From an uncultured Nitrosopumilales archaeon (GTDB lineage Archaea; Thermoproteota; Nitrososphaeria; Nitrososphaerales; Gagatemarchaeaceae): a stretch of 32,000 nucleotides of DNA. The stretch covers positions 1 to 32,000 of the forward strand of contig CAZENV010000054.1 in NCBI GenBank assembly GCA_964513805.1. The letters run 5' to 3'. The notes below the pieces were generated by a model that saw nothing but the letters and a program-made list of their open reading frames with translations, made no database searches and had not been told where the DNA came from. This document shows positions 6,732 to 14,218 of this stretch, piece after piece. Position 1 is the first letter of the stretch; every line of letters starts with the position of its first letter. The position numbers and the translations under genes were made by a program.

Positions 6732-7502
6732 TTGAGAACGGCGGTCATTTCCGACGTCCATGGGAACCTGGTTGCGCTGGAAGCCGTCCTGCGCAGTCTC
6801 GGGAAGGAGCCGTACGAGAGGTTGGTCTTTCTGGGCGACGCCGCAGCCACTGGACCTGAACCTCACAACGTCATTGCCAGGTTGAAGGCGAGGGACCCTG
6901 TCTGCGTCATGGGGAACACGGACGAATGGCTGCTGAACCCCGTGCCTCGCGTGAACCCCGACCCCGAGGTCAAGGTAATCGAGGAGATTGATTATTGGGG
7001 CGCAAAGCAACTGACGGACACTGACAGGGACTTCCTGCGTAGCTTCAAGCCGACGGCGAGGGTCGGAATCGGCGGCGATGCGACGCTGTTCGCCCACCAC
7101 GGGTCCCCAAAGTCGAATCGAGAGGGGGTTCCCCCGAATGGAACGCCAGAGGATCTGGAGGCGGTCCTTCTCGGCGAGAGAGCGACGGTGATGGCAGGCG
7201 GGCACCTGCACGTGCAGATGCTCCGACGCTATCGGGAATCGCTTCTGATCAACCCGGGCAGCGTGGGGCTTCCCATCGAGCCTATTCCTTCCACCGAGAA
7301 GGTCCGCATCCCCCCCTGGTGCGAATATGCTGCCGTGTGCTTTGAAGGAGGGAAGCTCGACGTATCAATGAAGCGCGTGCCCGTCGACCCTGACGACGTC
7401 AACAGGTCAATCCTGGGCAGCGGCATGCCGCACAAGGAGGAATTCCTTGCGACCTGGACTTCGGTGGTCGGGAAGATGGTCAGCAAGAACAAGTACGCAT
7501 GA
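6732..7502 (+). CDS. Metallophosphoesterase (calcineurin-like, YfcE/MJ0936-like)
   Basis: Metallophosphoesterase motifs are present: ISDVHGN, LGDAAATGP, GNTDEW, AHHGSP, GGHLH. Confidence 0.85.
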   Translation: MRTAVISDVHGNLVALEAVLRSLGKEPYERLVFLGDAAATGPEPHNVIARLKARDPVCVMGNTDEWLLNPVPRVNPDPEVKVIEEIDYWGAKQLTDTDRDFLRSFKPTARVGIGGDATLFAHHGSPKSNREGVPPNGTPEDLEAVLLGERATVMAGGHLHVQMLRRYRESLLINPGSVGLPIEPIPSTEKVRIPPWCEYAAVCFEGGKLDVSMKRVPVDPDDVNRSILGSGMPHKEEFLATWTSVVGKMVSKNKYA

Positions 7503-7583
7503 GTCCAGTGTGAGCCACGGATTCGGGTCGGCAGACACGAAGCAAGACTTGGGACTCGATGCGTTCGGACTGGACGGTCAGGC

Positions 7584-7771
7584 TTGCAGTTCTCGACCAA
7601 GGAGCTGTCATCCAAGACATGGCCTGACTTTGTTCTTCAAGATGCCAGCCGGCAACGCACAGGGGAGCGCTCGCCCTTTGGTTCGGTACTGTCTCGATGT
7701 TCAAGAAAGAGGGTTTCAGCGTTGCTGCGCCCTTCGGCAGGAGCAACGTCCTGATGACCGGGACCATCTAG
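7584..7771 (+). pseudogene. Decayed remnant of a GNAT-like acetyltransferase (N- and C-terminal pieces in different frames, core deleted)
   Basis: The frame starting at TTG 7584 reads MQFSTKELSSKTWPDFVLQD..., a typical N-terminus of the 'TWPDF...GCWCM' GNAT-like family. A different frame ending at TAG 7769-7771 reads ..ALWFGTVSMFKKEGFSVAAPFGRSNVLMTGTI*, a typical C-terminus of the same family. The two frames are separated by a stop (TGA 7625-7627), and the roughly 100-aa catalytic core is missing. Confidence 0.4.
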
Positions 7772-7805
7772 TCCAGCCGGCAGTGCTGTTCAGAGGTCGA
7801 AGATG

Positions 7806-7895
7806 TGGTGCGGCCTCCGGGATTCGGACCCGGGCAAATGGCTCTCTCCTCGGAAGAATGGGAAGCCACTATCCTAACCGCTAGATCAAGGCCGC
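7806..7895 (-). tRNA. tRNA-Gly (anticodon CCC) with a 15-nt canonical intron (7844-7858) and genomically encoded CCA
   Basis: Minus strand: GCGGCCT-TG-ATCT-AGCGGTTA-GGAT-A-GTGGC-TTCCCA[TTCTTCCGAGGAGAG]A-GCCAT-TTGC-CCGGG-TCCGAAT-CCCGG-AGGCCGC-A-CCA.
- Acceptor stem is a perfect 7 bp; D, anticodon and T stems all pair.
- The intron lies between positions 37 and 38.
- It folds into hBHBh': a 4-bp central helix U32U33C34C35/GGAG, two 3-nt bulges carrying both splice sites, and an outer 2-bp helix with a UUCC loop.
- Anticodon CCC is at 7860-7862; discriminator is A. Confidence 0.9.
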
Positions 7896-7923
7896 ACTGC
7901 GCAAGGAGGACCCCGTCAGCCCG

Positions 7924-7929
7924 TATAAA
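7924..7929 (-). promoter_or_regulatory. TATA box (TTTATA, minus sense) of the tRNA-Gly promoter
   Basis: Minus-strand GGTTTATACGGG. The TATA element ends 28 nt upstream of tRNA position 1, the canonical archaeal spacing. Confidence 0.55.
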
Positions 7930-8011
7930 CCACATTCGTTTCTTTCGGCCGCGGCGGCTTCGGACGCGGCCCCCGAAATACTATAAGCGGAGCCCCTTCC
8001 ACCGCCATCGC

Positions 8012-8878
8012 ATGCAGAACTCCCTTGTCGAGAGGGTCGCGCCCAAGCTGAGAGAGATGAGCGCGGGCGGATACGACAGGGTCTACACCAGGAGAGGGCT
8101 GACCTATGAGAGCAACCTCCAGGTTGCCGTAGCCGAAATCCTCGACTCCCTCAGGATCAAGCACGCCAGGATGGTCAGAGTCCCAGGCACGCCGCTCAAG
8201 GCTGACTTCGAAGCGAACGGCGTCTTCATGTTCGTGGACCGCGGCCTGACCGGGCGCGAGCTGAGGCAGCTGGAAAGGTCGAAGAGGGAATGCGTGCTGA
8301 TAACGCGCGATTCGCTCCGCAGCGACAGGTCGGACTCTGGGATAAGGGTGATCGAGTTCGGCTCGGGCCGCACAGGCAGGCAGCAGTCGATTTTTCTCGA
8401 CGACCCCTCGTTCAACTTCGACTATGCGCACATCCTGCCCCACACCCAGAAGTGCTCGGTGATGCACGGGCACACTTCATCCGCGCTGGTGGAGATCATC
8501 GGCGAGCCAGTCGACGGGATGGTTATCGACTTCGGGGACGCCAAGGACTCGATAAGGGAGGCGATCCGCGGGCTCGACCACAAGCTCTTCATCAACTCGA
8601 AGTACATCAAGGCCGAGGACAGGAAGAGCGTGACCCTCGAGTTCACGACTGTGCACGGCGATTTCTCCATCAAGGCGCCGAAGGCCACGACCGTGTTGCT
8701 CGACGGAGAGGCGACGGTCGAGAACCTGGCTAAGGTGGTGCTGGAGCGGATAGCGCCAGCCATGCCGGAGAACGTGACCGCGGTTGGGGTCTACGTATAC
8801 GAAGGGCTGAACAAGGGGAGCCATCTGCTGGCCGAGCTGCACAACGGCGGGGCGGGACGCGCACGGAAGAAGCGATAG
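8012..8878 (+). CDS. queD: 6-carboxy-5,6,7,8-tetrahydropterin synthase (QueD / PTPS-III family) with a roughly 140-aa extra N-terminal domain
   Basis: The C-terminal roughly 145 aa read FNFDYAHILPHTQKCSVMHGHTSSALVEIIGEPVDGMVIDFGDAKDSIREAI..LDHKLFIN, carrying the QueD C-x3-H-G-H motif and fold pattern. ATG 8012 is chosen because the track ORF start (7805) overlaps the tRNA. An ATACTATAAG box (about 7977-7987) lies about 27 nt upstream of 8012. Confidence 0.8.
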   Translation: MQNSLVERVAPKLREMSAGGYDRVYTRRGLTYESNLQVAVAEILDSLRIKHARMVRVPGTPLKADFEANGVFMFVDRGLTGRELRQLERSKRECVLITRDSLRSDRSDSGIRVIEFGSGRTGRQQSIFLDDPSFNFDYAHILPHTQKCSVMHGHTSSALVEIIGEPVDGMVIDFGDAKDSIREAIRGLDHKLFINSKYIKAEDRKSVTLEFTTVHGDFSIKAPKATTVLLDGEATVENLAKVVLERIAPAMPENVTAVGVYVYEGLNKGSHLLAELHNGGAGRARKKR

Positions 8879-9498
8879 TCCTCCTCTCGGGCGGAATCGA
8901 CTCGGCGACGAGCCTGTATCTGGTCCAGAGGAAAGGGTACCACGTCCGCGCGCTCACCTTCCAATTCGGCGGAATCGCGACGGGCGAGCTGAGGGCGGCC
9001 AGGACCGTGGCAGATGCCGCGGGCGTGGGACAGCGAGTCGTGCGGCTTCCGGACCTCAGGGAGGCGGGCGACATCGGGGGCTCGGGCTTCCCCGGGCTCC
9101 CTCCGACCTACATACCGATGCGGAACGCGGTGTTCTATTCGCTCGCTGCGTCGTACGCCGAGGAGGTCAGGGCTGACTGCATCGTCGGAGGCCACAACAG
9201 GGATGACCTGAAGGTCTTCCGCGACGTCTCGCCGGCGTTCTTCTCAGGCCTGGAGAGGGCGATCTGGACGGGCTCCAAGATCCTGGAAAGGAAGAGGACC
9301 CGGATTCTCAGACCGCTTCGCTCGAAGAGCAAACCCCAGGTGATACGGCTGGCATCGTCCCTCGGGGTGCCGCTGGAGCTCACCTGGAGCTGCCACCGGG
9401 ACGGGGGCAGACACTGCTGGCGCTGCGACGGTTGCAGGGCCAGGGCCGGGGCCTTTGAAAGGGCGGGCGTCGCCGACCCGCTGAAGCAGAGGTCATGA
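8872..9498 (+). CDS. queC: 7-cyano-7-deazaguanine synthase QueC; start codon unresolved (5' coordinate is the first clearly homologous codon)
   Basis: The frame of track ORF 9007..9498 is open upstream and reads AIVLLSGGIDSATSLYLVQRKGYHVRALTFQFGG... (PP-loop SGGxDS). The C-terminus has the QueC zinc motif SCHRDGGRHCWRCDGCRARAGAF. There is no ATG/GTG/TTG upstream of the PP-loop (see findings). Confidence 0.8.
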   Translation, partial: AIVLLSGGIDSATSLYLVQRKGYHVRALTFQFGGIATGELRAARTVADAAGVGQRVVRLPDLREAGDIGGSGFPGLPPTYIPMRNAVFYSLAASYAEEVRADCIVGGHNRDDLKVFRDVSPAFFSGLERAIWTGSKILERKRTRILRPLRSKSKPQVIRLASSLGVPLELTWSCHRDGGRHCWRCDGCRARAGAFERAGVADPLKQRS

Positions 9499-9540
9499 GG
9501 CGGGAAAATTCATTAACTGGGAATCGGGCCCGAGGGTCGT

Positions 9541-10290
9541 TTGACTGAAGCAGAGGAATCTCTGCCGCAACGAGCCTCATTCATCGACACGTCTGCCGAC
9601 GTTCAGCTGGAGCCGGCCCACATCGCGGTGAGCGCGGGGGTCGCCAACCTGAGGGTGCTGTACAGGGACGGTTCGATCAGCATGCCGGTCAACCTGTCCA
9701 TCCAGACCTCCACCGGGCTCCACCGGGGAGTTCACATGAGCAGGCTGGTGAAGGCGGCCAACGGCAGGAAGGCGGAGGGGATGGAGGAGTGGCTGCGCTG
9801 GATCTGCGGCGAAGTCAACAGGACGCAGCCGGGGTCTGAGGTCACGTGCGCCTACGAGCTTCCCTTCGGGGACCAGTTCGCGAAGGTAATGATGCGCTCA
9901 ACGGAAAGGGGGGCCATCACCTACCAGTTCGCAGTCGGAGGGATAACCGCCTGCCCGTGCAGCAAGAAGATGATAGGTGTCGGCCACATGCAGCGGGCGG
10001 AGATAACCTTGGTCACGAAGAGCAGGAAGCCTCTGGACGCGCCAGCCACTGTGAAGAAAGTCGCAGAGTGCTTCTCGGCTTCGCCCAAGGAGATGATGAA
10101 GAGGGTGGATGAAGCGGAGAAGATCCTCGAAGCGCAGGACAACCCGAGGTTCGCCGAGGACCTCGTCCGGGAGTGCGTGAGGCGCTTCCCGAACGCCCTC
10201 TTCGTTCGCGGCCAGTGCTTCGAGTCCATCCATGCCCACGACGCCGTGGCCACCTGGTCTGCGAAACCGGGCTGGATGCCAGCCATCTGA
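9541..10290 (+). CDS. folE2: GTP cyclohydrolase, FolE2/MptA family (COG1469 type)
   Basis: Family motifs are present: DVQ near the N-terminus, LHRGVHMSRLV (G-x-HMSR), and ITACPCSKKMIGVGHMQRAEITL (CPCSK...H-x-QR). TTG start is preceded by SD-like GAGGGT. The FolE2 versus MptA subtype cannot be decided by eye. Confidence 0.8.
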   Translation: MTEAEESLPQRASFIDTSADVQLEPAHIAVSAGVANLRVLYRDGSISMPVNLSIQTSTGLHRGVHMSRLVKAANGRKAEGMEEWLRWICGEVNRTQPGSEVTCAYELPFGDQFAKVMMRSTERGAITYQFAVGGITACPCSKKMIGVGHMQRAEITLVTKSRKPLDAPATVKKVAECFSASPKEMMKRVDEAEKILEAQDNPRFAEDLVRECVRRFPNALFVRGQCFESIHAHDAVATWSAKPGWMPAI

Positions 10291-10329
10291 CCGACTCGCT
10301 TACATAGACAGCAGCGCTCCGCGTGATGG

Positions 10330-11064
10330 TTGTCGAGCTTCGACAGAGTCGCAGAGATCTACGACGCCACCAGGTCGTTGCCGCCCCCTGCGATGGAGAG
10401 CATCATAGACGGCATCGAGGCGTTTGTCGGGAGCTCCAGCGTCGTCGACATCGGGGTGGGGACCGGGAGGTTCGCTGCGCCGCTCACGGAGCGCGGAGTG
10501 GACGTCGTCGGATTCGACATATCGCTTCCGATGCTGAGGCAGGCGAGGGCCAAGGGGGTCCCGGGTCTGGTTATCGCGGCGGCGGAGTTCGCGCCGTTCC
10601 GGCAGCAGACCTTCGACTACGCGATGGTTGTCCACTTCATGCACCTGCTCAAGGACTGGAGGTCGGCGGTCGGGGAGATTTCACGGGTCGCGAGGCGGGG
10701 ATTGATCGCCGTCGTCGGCGACTCCGAGGGCTCGCACCCCAGGGACCTCTACGTTCGGCTCAGGGAGAGCAGGGGCTTCAAGATGGCCGGGCTCAGGATG
10801 GGGGAGAGGGAGATGGTCGGCATGGTGGAGCCAGCCGTAACCCGAAGGCTGGTGAGCTACAGAGAGGAATTCGACCCCTCGGCGCTTCTGGACGAGTATT
10901 CGGCCAAGCTCCATTCCATCACGTGGGACATCCCGGACGACGTCAATTCCCAGATTGTCGCCGAGATGAGGCTGCTGCTGGGGGAGAAGCGCGAGGTGGA
11001 GCGGAGCGCCACGCTCGTGGTCTGGGAGCGCGACCAAATGCGCGGACTCCACCCATCTCCTTAA
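10330..11064 (+). CDS. Class I SAM-dependent methyltransferase
   Basis: FDRVAEIYDATR...VVDIGVGTGRFAAPLTERGVDVVGFDISLPML contains motif I (DxGxGxG) and the acidic post-I residue. TTG start. Confidence 0.8.
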   Translation: MSSFDRVAEIYDATRSLPPPAMESIIDGIEAFVGSSSVVDIGVGTGRFAAPLTERGVDVVGFDISLPMLRQARAKGVPGLVIAAAEFAPFRQQTFDYAMVVHFMHLLKDWRSAVGEISRVARRGLIAVVGDSEGSHPRDLYVRLRESRGFKMAGLRMGEREMVGMVEPAVTRRLVSYREEFDPSALLDEYSAKLHSITWDIPDDVNSQIVAEMRLLLGEKREVERSATLVVWERDQMRGLHPSP

Positions 11065-11093
11065 ATCGGAACGGGGGCTTCGGCCGCTGAAAC

Positions 11094-11957
11094 TTGTCTG
11101 TTCCTCTGATAGGGACCTCGGGCTGGTCATACAAGGAGTGGGAGGGGGTGTTCTATCCGAACTCGAAGACAAGCAAGCTCTCGTTCTACTCCAAGGTCTT
11201 CGACACCGTCGAGATCGACTCGACGTTCTACGCGTTCCCGTCCAGGGGCCTTCCGATAGGGTGGACGAAGTTCACGCCCGAAAGCTTCGTCTTCGCCGCG
11301 AAGCTGCCGCAGGCCATCACCCACGAGAAGAAGCTGGAGGTCAAGAAGGGGGCGAGGGAAGACCTCTTCCGGTTCCTCGAGCTGATGGGGCCGCTGATCG
11401 CAAGCAAGAAGCTGGGTCCGGTGCTGGTGCAGCTGCCGCCAAGCTTCTCCTTCGGGACCGACTTCGACAGGCTGAAGGGCTTCCTGGCGGTCATCCCCGA
11501 GGACGTCAGGTTCGCCGTGGAGTTCCGCAACAGGTCCTGGCTGAGGGAGGAGGTCTGGTCTGCGCTGAGGAAGCGGAACGTGGCCAACGTGATAGTGGAC
11601 GAGCCGCTGCTCCCTCCGGACACGATGGTCACGGCGGATTTCGCGTTCATCAGATGGCACGGCCAGGGGAGAAGGCCGTGGTACAACTACAGGTACACCG
11701 ACGGTGAGCTCTCGGGCTGGGCGCCCAAGGTCAAGGATGTGGCCAGCAGGGTGAAGAAGACCTACGGCTACTTCAACAACCACTTCAGAGGCTTCGCCGT
11801 GGACAACTCCCTCAAGATGATGGGGATGCTCGGCATAGCCCGCCCCGAGCAGGAGGAGGCACAGGCAAAGGCCAGACGGTTCCTCGACAAGGGCGGAAAG
11901 GCGAGCGACGAGGGCTCCTTGCTCGAATACATCGGCGGCAGGGCGGGCGCAGCGTGA
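11094..11957 (+). CDS. DUF72 (YecE-like) family protein
   Basis: IGTSGWSYKEWEGVFYPNSKTSKLSFYSKVFDTVEIDSTFYAFP...VLVQLPPSF...FEFRNRSW...NNH is the characteristic DUF72 pattern. Confidence 0.85.
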   Translation: MSVPLIGTSGWSYKEWEGVFYPNSKTSKLSFYSKVFDTVEIDSTFYAFPSRGLPIGWTKFTPESFVFAAKLPQAITHEKKLEVKKGAREDLFRFLELMGPLIASKKLGPVLVQLPPSFSFGTDFDRLKGFLAVIPEDVRFAVEFRNRSWLREEVWSALRKRNVANVIVDEPLLPPDTMVTADFAFIRWHGQGRRPWYNYRYTDGELSGWAPKVKDVASRVKKTYGYFNNHFRGFAVDNSLKMMGMLGIARPEQEEAQAKARRFLDKGGKASDEGSLLEYIGGRAGAA

Positions 11958-12739
11958 AGGCGAAGATCCTCCTCGACGACGAGCTGCCGAAGGTGCCAAG
12001 GGGCGGCGTGGAGAAGGTCGTCCGCGACGCTGGCATCGAAGTGACCTCCAGGAACCCCGACGTAGGCATCGTTGTGGGCGGCGACGGCGTGTTCAGCAGG
12101 TTCGGCAGGACGGAGTCGGTGCCGCTTCTTTTCGTCGGCGTCAGGTCTGGGTCGGCGACGGGCTCCAAGGCGTACCTCTCGACGGTCTCCTTCGACGAGC
12201 TTCCGAGGGCCCTCACGAGCCTGGCGGCGGGCAAGTACAAGGTGAAGGAGAGCAGGAGACTCGAGGTGAAGAAGCAAGGTCGGAGCCTCGGCACCGTGTA
12301 CACCGACGTCTATCTGCAGAGGGGAGCGGAGAGCAACGCCATCAGGTACGGCGTGAAGGTGTCGGGGCCGCAGAGCTTCGATGAAGCGGCAATCGGCGAC
12401 GGAATCGTTGTGACAACGGCGGCTGGCTCAACGGGGTACTACTCCTACGTGGAGAAGATGCGCGGCGACACGCTGGAGCCATCTGCTCACAGCATGCTGA
12501 GGGACGACCAGATGGGAGTCTGCCACATCGTCCCCGCGTATTCCGTGCGGGTCGGCACCGGGGAGCATCCGCTCAGGTACGCGCTGCCCTGGGGGAGCAC
12601 GGTGGAAATCTCGATGACGAGACCGGCGGACGCGAGGCTCTATGGCGTCGGTCCTGACAGGGGCGGGGTCAAGGTGACGACGGGCGAGATAATCTCCGTC
12701 CTGCCCAGCGACGCGACCACCAAGACCCTGGTCCTCTAG
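11954..12739 (+). CDS. nadK: NAD(+) kinase-like protein
   Basis: VGIVVGGDGVF (GGDG motif) and DGIVVTTAAGSTGYYSY (NAD kinase 'GSTAY'-like motif). The GTG start overlaps the DUF72 stop (GTGA). Confidence 0.75.
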   Translation: MKAKILLDDELPKVPRGGVEKVVRDAGIEVTSRNPDVGIVVGGDGVFSRFGRTESVPLLFVGVRSGSATGSKAYLSTVSFDELPRALTSLAAGKYKVKESRRLEVKKQGRSLGTVYTDVYLQRGAESNAIRYGVKVSGPQSFDEAAIGDGIVVTTAAGSTGYYSYVEKMRGDTLEPSAHSMLRDDQMGVCHIVPAYSVRVGTGEHPLRYALPWGSTVEISMTRPADARLYGVGPDRGGVKVTTGEIISVLPSDATTKTLVL

Positions 12740-13362
12740 CTGGCTGGTTCGACGCCGGTGACGATGTAGACCACGGACTCGCCTATGTAGGTGGCGTGGT
12801 CGGCTATCCTCTCCAGGTACCTCAGAATGAGCGTGGACGAGAGGGAGCATTTCATGTCGCCCGTTCCCCCCAGCATGTTCCGCAGGTTCCTTCTGTATCG
12901 CTCGTCGACGATGTCGTCCATTGCAGGTATCTTCCTGGCGAGCTCGACGTCCTTGCGGGTGAACGCGTCGATGCTCATCTTGATCATCTCCTGCGTCTTC
13001 TTGGCGGTCTCGGTCACCTGGGTGCGGTCGCACCCGCTCAGGTCCCCGAACATCTCGAGCACTTCGGCTATGTCGTGGGCGTACCTCCCGTACCTGAAGA
13101 AGCCGTAGGAGATTTCGAAACAGGCCTTGATGTACCTGAGGTCGGATGCGACCGGCTGGTACCTGGCTATCAGCTCCATGGACAGCTCGCTCACCTGCCG
13201 GTGGAGAGAGCGGAGCTTGCTCGCCCACTCGGTCACCTTGTGCGACTTCACGCCGCTCTGGTAGGCGTCGATGGCCTCGGCGACCGCGTCCTCGGAGAGG
13301 GTCGCCATCTCGAGCATCAGGGCGTTGAGCTGTTCGAGTCCCATGTCCATCAGTCTTGGCAT
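12736..13362 (-). CDS. phoU: Phosphate transport system regulator PhoU
   Basis: Two PhoU repeats (..DDIVDERYRRNLR.., ..LRYLERIADHATYIGESVVYIVTG). Located immediately downstream of pstB. Convergent with nadK, with a 4-nt overlap. Confidence 0.9.
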   Translation of the reverse strand: MPRLMDMGLEQLNALMLEMATLSEDAVAEAIDAYQSGVKSHKVTEWASKLRSLHRQVSELSMELIARYQPVASDLRYIKACFEISYGFFRYGRYAHDIAEVLEMFGDLSGCDRTQVTETAKKTQEMIKMSIDAFTRKDVELARKIPAMDDIVDERYRRNLRNMLGGTGDMKCSLSSTLILRYLERIADHATYIGESVVYIVTGVEPAS

Positions 13363-13372
13363 TCTCCCACCC

Positions 13373-14212
13373 TCACCCGAACTTCCCTGTGATGTACCTC
13401 TCGGTCAGCTCTTCCTTGGGCTTCTCGAAGAGGTCCGCGGTGGGCCCGAACTCCACCAGCTCTCCGAGGTAGAAGAATGCGGTCTGGTCCGCAACCCGCA
13501 CAGCCTGCTGCATGTTGTGGGTCACGATGACTATGGTGTAGCTCTTCTTGAGTCGCGCCATTGCCTCTTCTATCTTCGCGGTGGCCGTGGGGTCCAGGGC
13601 CGACGCCGGTTCGTCCATGAGTATGACTTCGGGCTCCACCGCGAGCGCTCTGGCTATGCAGAGCCTCTGCTGCTGGCCGCCCGAAAGGGCCGCCCCTGAC
13701 TTTTTCAGCTCGTCCTTGACCTCGTCCCACAGGAATGCCATCCTGAGGCTCCGTTCGACCGTCTCGTCGAGGAGCTTCTTGTCCCTCACACCCGCGAGCT
13801 TCAATCCGGCTGCGACATTGTCATAGACGGACATGGTGGGGAACGGGTTTGGCTTTTGGAAGACCATCCCTATCTTTCTCCGTATGGCGACGGGGTCCAT
13901 CTTGGGAGAGTAGATGTCCGTGCCGTCGAGCAGTACCCCGCCCTCAACTCTGGCCCCGGGTGTGAGCTCGTGCAGCCTGTTCAGGCACCTGATGAAGGTC
14001 GTCTTGCCGCATCCAGAGGGCCCCATTATCGCTGTGATGCTCTTCTCGGGGATCTTGAGGTCGATGCCCTTCAGCACCTGGGTCGCGCCGAAGCTCGCCT
14101 TCAGCGACTTCGTCTCGAGCTTGGTCAGAGTTCTGGCCGTAGGCTGGTAGGACGGTTCAGCATCCACGCGCTGCTCCTCCCTCTCAACCTCTTTTTGGGT
14201 TCCTATTTCCAT
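13373..14212 (-). CDS. pstB: Phosphate ABC transporter ATP-binding protein PstB
   Basis: Walker [10 protein letters not shown], signature [15 protein letters not shown], Walker [13 protein letters not shown] more likely start is GTG 14167, preceded by GAGGGAGGAG (SD) 6 nt upstream. ATG 14212 has no SD. Confidence 0.95.
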   Translation of the reverse strand: MEIGTQKEVEREEQRVDAEPSYQPTARTLTKLETKSLKASFGATQVLKGIDLKIPEKSITAIMGPSGCGKTTFIRCLNRLHELTPGARVEGGVLLDGTDIYSPKMDPVAIRRKIGMVFQKPNPFPTMSVYDNVAAGLKLAGVRDKKLLDETVERSLRMAFLWDEVKDELKKSGAALSGGQQQRLCIARALAVEPEVILMDEPASALDPTATAKIEEAMARLKKSYTIVIVTHNMQQAVRVADQTAFFYLGELVEFGPTADLFEKPKEELTERYITGKFG

Positions 14213-14218
14213 GGCCGT

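Noticed and set aside
7517-7530. Possible att-like repeat of the tRNA 3' half: GGATTCGG occurs at 7519-7526 and within the tRNA at 7820-7827.
   Set aside because: Only an 8-nt match, which is expected by chance in 32 kb on two strands. No integrase, excisionase or other mobile-element gene lies nearby.
7805-8011. N-terminal 69 codons of track ORF 7805..8878 (MVRPPGFGPGQMALSSEEWEATILTARS...).
   Set aside because: This stretch is the antisense of the tRNA-Gly gene and its promoter. The real queD start is taken as ATG 8012, which has a TATA-like box at leaderless distance.
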